Shown piece by piece: positions 40,814-49,150 of a stretch of DNA of 64,000 nucleotides; the first letter of the stretch is position 1; each line of letters begins with the position of its first letter. The translations under genes and the position numbers were made by a program. The notes beneath the pieces are model-generated. The model did no database searches. It was not told the origin of the DNA and worked only from the letters and a program-made list of their open reading frames with translations. Source of the stretch: Candidatus Bathyarchaeota archaeon (GTDB lineage: Archaea > Thermoproteota > Bathyarchaeia > 40CM-2-53-6); assembly GCA_963780265.1 (NCBI GenBank), contig CAWABQ010000018.1, forward strand, positions 2,558 to 66,557, written 5' to 3'.

Positions 40814-40994
40814 GGGGCCGTCGTCTAGAAGAGATTGCGAGCGCAACTCTCTGGACAGCTTGGTCTGGGAACACGATTCCGCCAACAGGATACCAGAGCG
40901 CAACTGCGCGCGGTGAACCTGGGGCGCTGGCGTCCCCAAGAAACAAGGGTCTTGGGGCCAGAGGTCGTGGGTTCAAATCCCACCGGCCCCACCA
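40814..40994 (+). tRNA. Intron-containing tRNA gene with genomically encoded CCA. The anticodon is unresolved (CCC/Gly in my manual fold, while the acceptor stem looks Pro-like).
   Basis: Acceptor GGGGCCG/CGGCCCC, T arm GTGGG-TTCAAAT-CCCAC, discriminator A, then CCA. The 178-nt span needs about 100 nt removed. Proposed introns are 40829-40858, about 40870-40923 and about 40937-40955. Confidence 0.7.
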
Positions 40995-41008
40995 CTTCGT
41001 GGGTTCAG
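40967..41008 (+). repeat. attL-like direct repeat (tRNA T arm through CCA plus 14 nt)
   Basis: GTGGGTTCAAATCCCACCGGCCCCACCACTTCGTGGGTTCAG. Confidence 0.75.
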
Positions 41009-41056
41009 AACATTCTTTAACCTGCTTCCGCGCTCTAGTTTAGCGCAGGTTTCCAG

Positions 41057-42493
41057 TTGCCGTACAAGGGTCTGGATAAGCTCAAGGAGAAAATTACCGA
41101 GCCGTGTGTTAAGGAGTGGGCGGACACCCTGAAGGAGGGCGATAAGACCACTCTGTATGGCGTTCTGAAGTATCTGGACTGGGTTAGGGAAAACGAGTAT
41201 TTTCAATCAGCGCAGGAGATGCTGGACGACCAGAAGCTCTGCATGCAATCGACAGACGAGGATGTGAAGTACAAGCACCTAGAAATCGTGAAGAAGTACG
41301 TGGGAGGCAAGCGATACCTTACCGGGTCGCATAATGGGGAGCTGGTCGGTGTCCGTGACCGTAGGGCAACTTTTGATTCAATAAAAAGATTCTACGAACA
41401 TTACCGTCGGAAGCTTCCCGACCTGACGAGGAGTGAAGCCAAGGAGCTGTTCGTAGCAACTGAGCTTGACAGGCGTAGGGCTAGACAGATGAAAAAACCG
41501 CTTACAGCCGAGGAAGTCCAAAGGCTGGTAATGGCTATGCCCCAGCCGTACAGGGCGATAATCCTCGTGCTCTTTCAGGGCGCTTTGGGTTTGGCGGAGT
41601 GGGATCAGTTCAACCGTGAACTTTGGCATAACATTGTGCCCGATCTCGACAAGCCAGGCCCGATTAAGATCGATGGATTGATCCGGGTGAAAACGGAGGC
41701 ACAGAAGACCGCAATGAGTGGTGAGGTGCCCCTATACTATACCTACCTTGGTCACGATGCAAAAACGATGCTGAAGGAATGGCTGAACATTAGGCAGCGC
41801 ATGAAGACCGACCTGCCCCATCTTTTTGTCGTAAGAAGCAAGGGGCCGAGAAGCAAGGGTACCTTTGTTCCTGTTACTGGTTGGCTTGTGGAGAAGAATG
41901 TGACGGATCATTCGAAGAGAATTGGATTGATTCCGTACAAGAGCGATGTCAATCGATACCGGGTTCATCCGCACAGGCTTCGAAAGCTGTTCAAGAGCCT
42001 CTGCTCAACGCACGGAGTAGACGAAGTTGTGTCAGAATGGTGTATGGGTCATAACATAGACCGGCTCGGCTACGACGAAAGCCCCGACCTAGATGAGAAA
42101 TTCTTCCGTGACGAGTACAAGAAGGTTGAACCTTCCCTGAACATAATATCGAATCCAGCGGGTGGTTCAGTGGCGGAAGAGGCGAGACGTGAGGCAAGAG
42201 CCGAATTGAATCGCCAACGTCTTCTCGTTGCCCACTACTCGGAGAAACAGATCGAGCAGATGGGTGACCTTTCACGATTCACTACAGACGAGGTTCGAGA
42301 AATGGTCAGGAAGAAACGGCAGCTTGCCAAACAGAAATCCACGGCGCTTAACGGTGGTCAACCCGACGGCAAGGCTGGTAGGCATAAGGTTGTTCCTGTT
42401 GACGAAGTTGCTAAGTGGCTTGATGACGGGTGGGTTTTCGTTCACCGGCTCTCGGATAATCAGGTGGTTATCCGGTTTCCGCCAACCGCTTAG
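41057..42493 (+). CDS. Tyrosine recombinase / integrase
   Basis: 478 aa. HPHRLRKLF (HxxR), CMGH and LGYDE (Tyr) motifs. I could not identify the box I Arg by eye. Confidence 0.8.
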   Translation: MPYKGLDKLKEKITEPCVKEWADTLKEGDKTTLYGVLKYLDWVRENEYFQSAQEMLDDQKLCMQSTDEDVKYKHLEIVKKYVGGKRYLTGSHNGELVGVRDRRATFDSIKRFYEHYRRKLPDLTRSEAKELFVATELDRRRARQMKKPLTAEEVQRLVMAMPQPYRAIILVLFQGALGLAEWDQFNRELWHNIVPDLDKPGPIKIDGLIRVKTEAQKTAMSGEVPLYYTYLGHDAKTMLKEWLNIRQRMKTDLPHLFVVRSKGPRSKGTFVPVTGWLVEKNVTDHSKRIGLIPYKSDVNRYRVHPHRLRKLFKSLCSTHGVDEVVSEWCMGHNIDRLGYDESPDLDEKFFRDEYKKVEPSLNIISNPAGGSVAEEARREARAELNRQRLLVAHYSEKQIEQMGDLSRFTTDEVREMVRKKRQLAKQKSTALNGGQPDGKAGRHKVVPVDEVAKWLDDGWVFVHRLSDNQVVIRFPPTA

Positions 42494-42662
42494 CTTTGGC
42501 GTCAAGCATTTTGCTGTAAGCGTCCATCTTTATGTCCGCCTCTATCTCGGGAAGAGTGTCCGGTTCAGCGAGAATAGCGTCACGAAGCTCGTTGTCGGCT
42601 AGGTATTTGTCCGTTCTCGCCCACGCCTTAACGCCTTCGAAGCTCACCATGTCCTCAGTCAA
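42468..42662 (-). CDS. Hypothetical small protein
   Basis: 64-aa acidic ORF, convergent with the integrase. Confidence 0.4.
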   Translation of the reverse strand: MTEDMVSFEGVKAWARTDKYLADNELRDAILAEPDTLPEIEADIKMDAYSKMLDAKAKRLAETG

Positions 42663-42726
42663 CCACGAGCGCCCAGAAAGAGAGTTATACTGTCACTTTG
42701 ATAAGGTATGCCAATGTGTTTCCAGT

Positions 42727-42966
42727 ATGTCAGAAGAGAAGCTGAGCGGTGCCGAAAAGGCAAAGGAGCTTCTGCGATCAGGTCGGCATGTCTTCCTGCA
42801 AACGGTGGGATATTCTGAGCATGAAATCCTTGGATTCGGAGATCTTGGCGAGCTATCTTCTGATAAAGTAAGCGAACTGCTTCACAGGAAAGCCTTGGAA
42901 GCGTTCGCTAGGTATTTTGACAAGGAAAATGTTCGGGTCAAGCGGCTCAATGAAGCAAATGAGTGA
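42727..42966 (+). CDS. Hypothetical small protein
   Basis: MSEEKLSGAEKAKELLRSG... The internal Met of ORF 42532-42966 was chosen to avoid overlap with the minus-strand ORF. Confidence 0.4.
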   Translation: MSEEKLSGAEKAKELLRSGRHVFLQTVGYSEHEILGFGDLGELSSDKVSELLHRKALEAFARYFDKENVRVKRLNEANE

Positions 42967-42996
42967 AACTGGTTTGCCGTCCGGTCTTCCGAGCGT

Positions 42997-43485
42997 ATGC
43001 GGCTGAAGTTAATGAAACTATTTGATCTGTTTCGCAGAGCAAAGGCTGAACGGCCCGAAAACATGGGTGCGGACATTCTAAGAATCGAAAATAGAACTCA
43101 AATGTTCTGCTACTACAATACATTGGCATTGGAAATCTTAGCAGCTACCCTTGCCAGCGTTATCGCTTTAGAAACTCTCCCATTCGTTGTCAACAATGAA
43201 CTCCGCAACAAAATGTTCCTTCCAATCAACGCTGGATGCACTCTGATACTCGTAGGCGGAGCATATCTCTTTTACCATCTGCGAAGTCTTGCGGCCAGGT
43301 GGATAAGTTTCCCTTGGGAAGATGATCGCACGAGTCCTAAAGCGTGGATAGACTATGTGGAGATAGGCGACTGGAAGACACGTCGCTCGCCCAGGGAGAT
43401 TATAACCGATACTGGCTTGATTGCCTTCATCGTTGCAGCAGCAATCATTGGCGTTTCGGCGTGGTTCTGGTTCGGATTGAAATGA
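42997..43485 (+). CDS. Membrane protein, hypothetical
   Basis: 162 aa with 3-4 TM segments. Confidence 0.5.
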   Translation: MRLKLMKLFDLFRRAKAERPENMGADILRIENRTQMFCYYNTLALEILAATLASVIALETLPFVVNNELRNKMFLPINAGCTLILVGGAYLFYHLRSLAARWISFPWEDDRTSPKAWIDYVEIGDWKTRRSPREIITDTGLIAFIVAAAIIGVSAWFWFGLK

Positions 43486-43617
43486 TCGTGTTGAGATGAA
43501 TCAGTGCGCCGCTGAATCGCTGTGGTTCTTGCATAAGTTGCCACAAGAATTTTGTTTGAGTTGTCACGAAGAATCGGACGAGTTGCCTGCTAACCAGCGT
43601 AAGGAACCTTGGAAAGT

Positions 43618-43980
43618 GGAGACAACAGCTATTCGTTTTTCTTGGTCAAACCCTTTCGGTCTGTTGTCTCTTATGACAGAGTTTTCACCACCCCCGCGGA
43701 CGCTCGCCACCCGCCGAAATCCTGACCATTATTCCGTTGTCTCCGGTTTTCGATGGAATTTGCGTGGAAATTCGCCACGAATTCCACCCTTGCTTATATC
43801 CTCGCTCGGCCAGAGCTAGTTCACGATGCGAGTGAGCCTTTCAAAGGACATCATTCGATCGTTACCGTGACAACGTGCGACGACGTGCCCGGGCGGGCTG
43901 ATTTCGACTTACTCGTTATTGTATTCGTTGACTAACGCTTTCGAGGATACACAGGACGGAGACAACGGGTGGGAGACAGC
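43618..43980. repeat. Iteron-like GGAGACAAC repeats in a mostly non-coding stretch
   Basis: GGAGACAACAG at 43618-43628 with its inverted partner at 43661-43670. CGTTGTCTCC at 43735-43744. GGAGACAACG at 43958-43967. GGAGACAGC at 43972-43980. Confidence 0.6.
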
Positions 43981-44055
43981 AATTTCGATTCGAAGAAGAA
44001 CAATCTCGTGCGGAGAGCATCTAATTCGATGAGAAATGCGGCTATTTGAAAACGC

Positions 44056-44523
44056 TTACCGACAAGTAGATTCCATGAGCATTGCGCTCATTCCGCTTCT
44101 CAGGACGTGCGTGCGCATCACGCTGGCGGATTTGGCATGTAAAGTCACTTCGAGGAACGTGCGCCTAGCCTTCATCAATTCTCGACACGCACGCTGAGTC
44201 TCAACGCTAAACATCATAGTAGATTTGTTTTGACTCAAAGTTGCAAAGTGAATCCAGGAGCAAGTCCAGATGCAGGCGCAGGCGCCGACACACGCTTCGC
44301 TTTTTGAGGTTTTGTTTTTCTTGTCCATCACGGTAGAGGTTGCTACATTTTCCTCTTTCCTACTTGATTTCCAATTACCTTTTCTGCTCTTTCTTTGCTT
44401 CGGCCTCTTTCCGCATCTGGCGCTTTTCAGAGCTGCTGGTCTCTTCCTGTCACTTCTGCTTTGGTTGTGGTCGCTTTTCTTCCCTTTTGTCTTCGCTTTT
44501 CGGCTCGCTTTGTTCGCTTTCAC
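44056..44523 (-). CDS. Highly basic Lys/Arg/Ser-rich hypothetical protein
   Basis: 155-aa ORF lying in a tract that is pyrimidine-rich on the plus strand. Coding status is doubtful. Confidence 0.3.
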   Translation of the reverse strand: MKANKASRKAKTKGKKSDHNQSRSDRKRPAALKSARCGKRPKQRKSRKGNWKSSRKEENVATSTVMDKKNKTSKSEACVGACACIWTCSWIHFATLSQNKSTMMFSVETQRACRELMKARRTFLEVTLHAKSASVMRTHVLRSGMSAMLMESTCR

Positions 44524-44615
44524 TCTTTTCTGAAGCCCGCCCTTTCTTGGCGGCGGCGGTCTAAATGTCGATTAACGATATTGAAGCGAATTGAGAGAAG
44601 AAAGAGGAGGCGAGG

Positions 44616-44831
44616 TTATTCTCGGCGTTTCGCTGGGCGAGGCCCCGTAGGGCGTTTTTCTGATCGGTACTTTTCGATTGCTCTGTCGAGAAGTTGCATA
44701 TCGTGTTGAATGGATGAGCGGTATCTCTCTATCCTCCAGAAGAGTTGGTGTATGCTTCTCATCCTGGCACCTGTACGGAGGAATACGTCCAATTTCTTCC
44801 GTTCGTTCTCGCTGAAGATTGAGCTGTTCAT
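44616..44831 (-). CDS. Small putative DNA-binding regulator
   Basis: 71 aa, divergent from the NYN gene across an operator-like repeat array. Confidence 0.45.
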   Translation of the reverse strand: MNSSIFSENERKKLDVFLRTGARMRSIHQLFWRIERYRSSIQHDMQLLDRAIEKYRSEKRPTGPRPAKRRE

Positions 44832-44861
44832 GGAGATACTTCCTTGAAGATATTCCCTGTA

Positions 44862-44914
44862 ACGGAATATTTATATCTTTATTCCGTGTATAGGAATATT
44901 CCGTGTGACGGAAT
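44862..44914. promoter_or_regulatory. Array of ACGGAAT / ATTCCGT half-sites in a divergent promoter
   Basis: ACGGAATA (44862-44869) pairs with TATTCCGT (44880-44887) around tttatat. GGAATATTCC palindrome at 44893-44902. ATTCCGT-gtg-ACGGAAT at 44898-44914. Confidence 0.6.
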
Positions 44915-45514
44915 ATGGCTCAACAATCCGTGAACGCCGAGAGTGACGAAGTAGGTAGGGGTGTCCAGCTGCTTATCGACGGAGAAAACCTCTACATGAG
45001 GACGGTTGAATACTTGAAAGCACGGAACATGCCTTCAGACACGGCAGCTGCAACCGAATTTATCCTTGCAAAAATCGGCGAACTTGTTGATTCGATTGAA
45101 GACAGATAGGTCTCCGGATCGATGTAGGATACTATTACTTGACCAGCGTCGGCGTGGACGCATTACGAAGCAGAAGAATGCTTGGTGGGATTCAAAGAAC
45201 AGTTAAGGCAGTTGGGAATCGAGATACGGTGTAATAGACAAGCGGAATGACAAGGCAGGAAACGTTGACCCTCGCTTAATCTCGGAGGCATACCGGCTCC
45301 TGCTTATTGAGAAGAAGGCGCCTTCTAACCTGGTTCTTGTGAGCGGCGACAAAGACTACGAACCCATGCTCGCAGACTACGAGAAGCAAAGCCGACAAGT
45401 AGCCATATGCTTCTATCTGCCTGGAGGCGGAGGAGCATCCATAGACCTACTGAGCATAAGAGGAACAGAATTCATCAACTTTGACAATCCGCAACAATCG
45501 TGGATAATTGCGTA
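44915..45514 (+). pseudogene. NYN (LabA-like) domain nuclease gene, heavily degraded
   Basis: N-terminal VQLLIDGENLY and C-terminal LVLVSGDKDYEPML are in the same frame. They are separated by TAG (45107) and TAA (45203), and the middle segment reads in other frames. Confidence 0.65.
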
Positions 45515-45633
45515 GCGACCTGCAGGATCTTACTGAACTTCGCCTCTTACTATCTTGGGGAGATTCATAGCAGCCTGTTGGTAGGCTTCCATCATCCGTT
45601 GAACAATAGTTACTTTCGGGGAAGAAAGTGGGC

Positions 45634-46332
45634 TCAAAAAGCCAACTTAACTACGGCTTGATCCAATTTCAGTATTTCACCGGCGCCAAGAGCAATGAGT
45701 TGGCTTTTTTTCTTCGGTTTATGAAAGTTGTTGTCCTCTGTTAGGAAGATGCCACCACCGTATCGAATGTGGCTCCACATTGCGAGTACATCACATTTTG
45801 GGTTACGCCAGTGTCGGTCTATTTCCCCACTTTTCGGGTCAAGATCCTTTTTCTTACAGAACTCTTCGTAGGAAAATTGGATCTCTGGAAAGAGTATTTC
45901 ATGTATCTTTTGCTCAAGTTCCAGCATGGGAACACTGGCAGTTACGCACCAATCAATGTAGGTAATGTCCAAGTAACATAGTGGCTTTAGAATCTCTACC
46001 TTTCCAAGCCCCACGGCAGTAATCCTGTTCCTAAACTCAGAGAAATTCGAAGCATATGTTCGATCAGGTTTTTTTTCAGAAGCGCTGATTGCGACTACTC
46101 TCAGGTTGATCCTGTGGTCGTCATGCATCTTGGCGAGTGTCCTTAGTCTACTCGCTCTGCCTTGTACCGCTTGACTCGCTATGCCTACTGCCTTTTCAAG
46201 ATCGATGATGTAATTGGTATCAAGCGTCACATTGACATTCTGAAACGGCGCATCACCCAAGCTCTTCCTAGGTGCAACTGACAGTAATTTCAGTGTTGCC
46301 TCAACCGAGTATGCGTCAGCGGTGTGACACAA
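45634..46332 (-). CDS. PIN-domain-like nuclease
   Basis: VTLDTNYIIDLEK near the N-terminus and GIFLTEDNNF near the C-terminus fit PIN acidic motifs. 232 aa. Confidence 0.5.
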   Translation of the reverse strand: MCHTADAYSVEATLKLLSVAPRKSLGDAPFQNVNVTLDTNYIIDLEKAVGIASQAVQGRASRLRTLAKMHDDHRINLRVVAISASEKKPDRTYASNFSEFRNRITAVGLGKVEILKPLCYLDITYIDWCVTASVPMLELEQKIHEILFPEIQFSYEEFCKKKDLDPKSGEIDRHWRNPKCDVLAMWSHIRYGGGIFLTEDNNFHKPKKKSQLIALGAGEILKLDQAVVKLAF

Positions 46333-46346
46333 CAGTTAACAGAGGA

Positions 46347-47348
46347 ATGAGGGAACCTATACTCTTGTGGTGGAGCTTGCCATATTGTTCAAGATGCGGA
46401 ACGGAGCTAACCGCAGGCATTAAGTTCTGCACAAATTGTGGAGCATCAACCTCAGCTCCACTTCCAACCGTGCCCCCCGTGCAGACTAAGCCTTCGCACA
46501 CGAAAAGGAATCTTGCCATCATCGTAATCTTTGTGATTCTGGTTGGAGTTGTCGCAGCCGCCTCTTCCAGGGGCCCCTCTCAGAGTGGCACCACGCAGAC
46601 CACGATTGGTGAATTACCGACAGGGAGTACAGTCACCATCGGAGAGCCGTTCATTGTGAAAGGCACGGACGATGTGCCTGTGCAGCTAAACTTCACATCA
46701 GCTTGGTTCGCAATGCGGTACGACGACACTGGAGCCGTCTCACCCAACAAGTATTTCGTGCTCGAATTCCAGATGAAGAATGTTGGAATTAGATCGACCA
46801 GTGTGTTTTCTCTTGCGTTCCTGAAGTGGGATGCGCTCGTAGATAAGGGGTACATTTACGAGTCCGACAATTACGCTGACTGGAATTTCAGCTCAGGTGT
46901 GGGGCCTGCAGAAGTTGCCACTAATAATGTGGTCTTCAATATTCTGGCGGCAACGACTCCGCTCGAAGTCAGGTACTACGATACGTGCGCAGGGAGCACT
47001 GCGGATTGTTCTCCCACTTTCACGGTGAACTTGCGTGGAATCACCATCCCTGCCAAAGAAGAGTTGACTGTTGAGTCTTCCTCCTCCTTCTGCGCCTTCC
47101 AAAATGGAACGGTAAACATGCTCAATGTCACCAACTCAGGGCTCGCTGCTGTAACCATAGCAGAGGTCTACTACGCTGACCAAATTGTCAATGCGAACCC
47201 CACACAGATCCGGCCCGGAGAAACAGTCGGCATACCCATCACCATCCCAAGCAACATTCAGGCAGGCTTCGCTCAACAGTACGAAATCAAAGTCGTCACC
47301 ACTCAAGGTAACACGTTCACAGAAAACTGCTACTACGAGGGGTCGTGA
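46347..47348 (+). CDS. Zinc-ribbon / single-TM / extracellular beta-domain protein
   Basis: YCSRCGTELTAGIKFCTNCGAS, then the TM segment LAIIVIFVILVGVVAAA, then a DUF4352-like segment. The start was moved to an internal Met. Confidence 0.6.
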   Translation: MREPILLWWSLPYCSRCGTELTAGIKFCTNCGASTSAPLPTVPPVQTKPSHTKRNLAIIVIFVILVGVVAAASSRGPSQSGTTQTTIGELPTGSTVTIGEPFIVKGTDDVPVQLNFTSAWFAMRYDDTGAVSPNKYFVLEFQMKNVGIRSTSVFSLAFLKWDALVDKGYIYESDNYADWNFSSGVGPAEVATNNVVFNILAATTPLEVRYYDTCAGSTADCSPTFTVNLRGITIPAKEELTVESSSSFCAFQNGTVNMLNVTNSGLAAVTIAEVYYADQIVNANPTQIRPGETVGIPITIPSNIQAGFAQQYEIKVVTTQGNTFTENCYYEGS

Positions 47349-47810
47349 ATGGCTGAAAGAACGCCCGAGTTCGTTCTCGGACTCGCCGGCGGGATACTGG
47401 GATTGGTGGCGGCTCCGATCATGTTTCTTGCCGGAGGAATACTCGCCGCCTTTGGTCTAAGCTCTGGCGTAACCCTAGTTGGAGTCTCGGTTGTAGGTGG
47501 GATTCTATCGATAGTTGGATTGATTGGGGCGGCGTTCGTCAAAAGTCATCCAAAAGCGTCGGGTGTCATGATGCTTCTGAGCGGTCTGCTCGGCCTGTTT
47601 GTTGTCCTAGGCTTCTGGCTTGGCGCTCTATTGCTGCTGGTGGCAGGTGTTGTAGCGCTTCTAAGGAAAGAGAAGTCTACCAAGCCTCCACCGCCGCCAC
47701 CATCGACCCAAACGAAGGTCTTCTGTACGAACTGCGGCAAACCCTTGACCTATGTTCAACAGTACCAGAAATGGTATTGTGAAAACTGCAAACAGTACGC
47801 CCCCTCCTAA
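47349..47810 (+). CDS. Multi-TM protein with a C-terminal zinc ribbon
   Basis: Gly-rich TM segments, a PPPPPP linker, then FCTNCGKPL...YCENCKQ. Confidence 0.6.
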   Translation: MAERTPEFVLGLAGGILGLVAAPIMFLAGGILAAFGLSSGVTLVGVSVVGGILSIVGLIGAAFVKSHPKASGVMMLLSGLLGLFVVLGFWLGALLLLVAGVVALLRKEKSTKPPPPPPSTQTKVFCTNCGKPLTYVQQYQKWYCENCKQYAPS

Positions 47811-47976
47811 CGAGTTTCTTTGTTCGCCGAAAAATACGTGAATCGTCTCCGAAAAACGCCTTATTTGTCTGCTCTGCGTTAACGCCTCTGATGGACAAGG
47901 AAAATAGTCCGATGCGAAGACATAAGTCAATCTTTACTCCTTATGCTGTCAGATTCTCTCTCATCTGTGAGCGTGT

Positions 47977-48861
47977 ATGAAAATTAGCAGTGCGTCGATG
48001 TTACTCGTTCTCGCTCTGGTGGCAACGCCAAGTCAAGTATTTGCTAGCATGACCTTTCCTCAAAACGGATCAAGTTTGACCTATGCGAGCTTTGTCACTT
48101 CCAAAACGTCGCAAGGAAACATTACTGCAGCTTCAACCGATTCATACAGCTTTCAACAGACAGGGAGCCAATGGAATGTGACAGAAAGGATTACAGGGAA
48201 AATCACTTGCTCTCCTCAGGCAGCGCAATTGAGTGTCAGGTTTCGTACAACGTCGGATATCATGGGAGCAAACTCAATCGTCTCAAATGACCCGAACATA
48301 GACATCAAAGTAAGTTACGTGGTACAAGACAGAGTCGTTGAATCGACTCCAATTGGGTCAAACGTACCAGCGGGATATTCCGCAGAGTGTACTGTTGGAG
48401 GAATTGACGTAGCGGCTGTTTCTCAAGCGACACCTGCATTGTACGTGTCTGGCTTTCGCTACTACGTCTTGCTCTATATTCAAACCGCCGGAGTCGCTGT
48501 GGGAAGTTCAGTGCCGGTTGCAATTATGACTTCTACAATATCAGGAATTCAGAATGTGATAGTACTGAATACTTCGCGGCCAGCGTTTGTGGGAACCATT
48601 ACAGGTATCACAAGTGGAAGCTTGTACTGGGACAGGGACAGCGGTATCCTGCTCTCGGAAGAATCGACCAGCAGTACACAATCAGAGAGAATGTTGCTAA
48701 CTTACAGCACTGTACCTATTCCAGAATTTGAGTTGTCACAAATCATCGCAATCGTAACCACAACCATTACATTGTTTGCGCTCGCAGTAAACCGAAAACG
48801 ACCTCATTCAAGCTCACGTCGATTATCCGTACCCATAATTTCCTATTTGTCTTCGCCTTAG
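47977..48861 (+). CDS. Secreted protein with a PEF-CTERM-type sorting signal
   Basis: Signal peptide present. The C-terminus reads VPIPEFELSQIIAIVTTTITLFALAVNRKR. Confidence 0.65.
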   Translation: MKISSASMLLVLALVATPSQVFASMTFPQNGSSLTYASFVTSKTSQGNITAASTDSYSFQQTGSQWNVTERITGKITCSPQAAQLSVRFRTTSDIMGANSIVSNDPNIDIKVSYVVQDRVVESTPIGSNVPAGYSAECTVGGIDVAAVSQATPALYVSGFRYYVLLYIQTAGVAVGSSVPVAIMTSTISGIQNVIVLNTSRPAFVGTITGITSGSLYWDRDSGILLSEESTSSTQSERMLLTYSTVPIPEFELSQIIAIVTTTITLFALAVNRKRPHSSSRRLSVPIISYLSSP

Positions 48862-48930
48862 GTTATGTGACTAAGAGGGGATACGTGCGAATCCTTCCTG
48901 TGGTAGGAATATTACTGAACCCACGACCTA

Positions 48931-48972
48931 GTGGGTTCGTATCCCACCGGCCCCACCACTTTCGTGGGGACG
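48931..48972 (+). repeat. attR-like tRNA 3-prime fragment (DR2)
   Basis: GTGGGTTCGTATCCCACCGGCCCCACCACTTTCGTGGGGACG. It is preceded by the inverted copy GAACCCAC (48917-48924), forming an 8-bp hairpin. Confidence 0.75.
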
Positions 48973-49150
48973 ATCAGCAACCGTCGTCCATATCGTAATT
49001 TCGTGTGTCTGGGTCTAATGGTGCGCACACACAAATCACATGTGCTCGCTTCGCTCGCAGTAATCCTTTATGATCTAAACTGATGAGCGCTTCAGCGTCG
49101 CAGAAGCTATTACGTGTAAGTATTTCTAGGGCTTTCCTTGGTGGAATTGT

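Larger units (their letters stand above)
40995..48972 (+). mobile_element. Integrated element E1 (about 8 kb) at the tRNA 3-prime end, carrying an intact integrase
   Basis: Flanked by the tRNA 3-prime end (40967-41008) and a copy about 37/40 identical at 48931-48972. The integrase lies next to the tRNA. Confidence 0.75.

Noticed and set aside
44270-44709. Three overlapping plus-strand ORFs rich in Phe/Leu/Ser
   Set aside because: They are by-products of the pyrimidine-rich tract and cannot all be real. None has a start context or motif.
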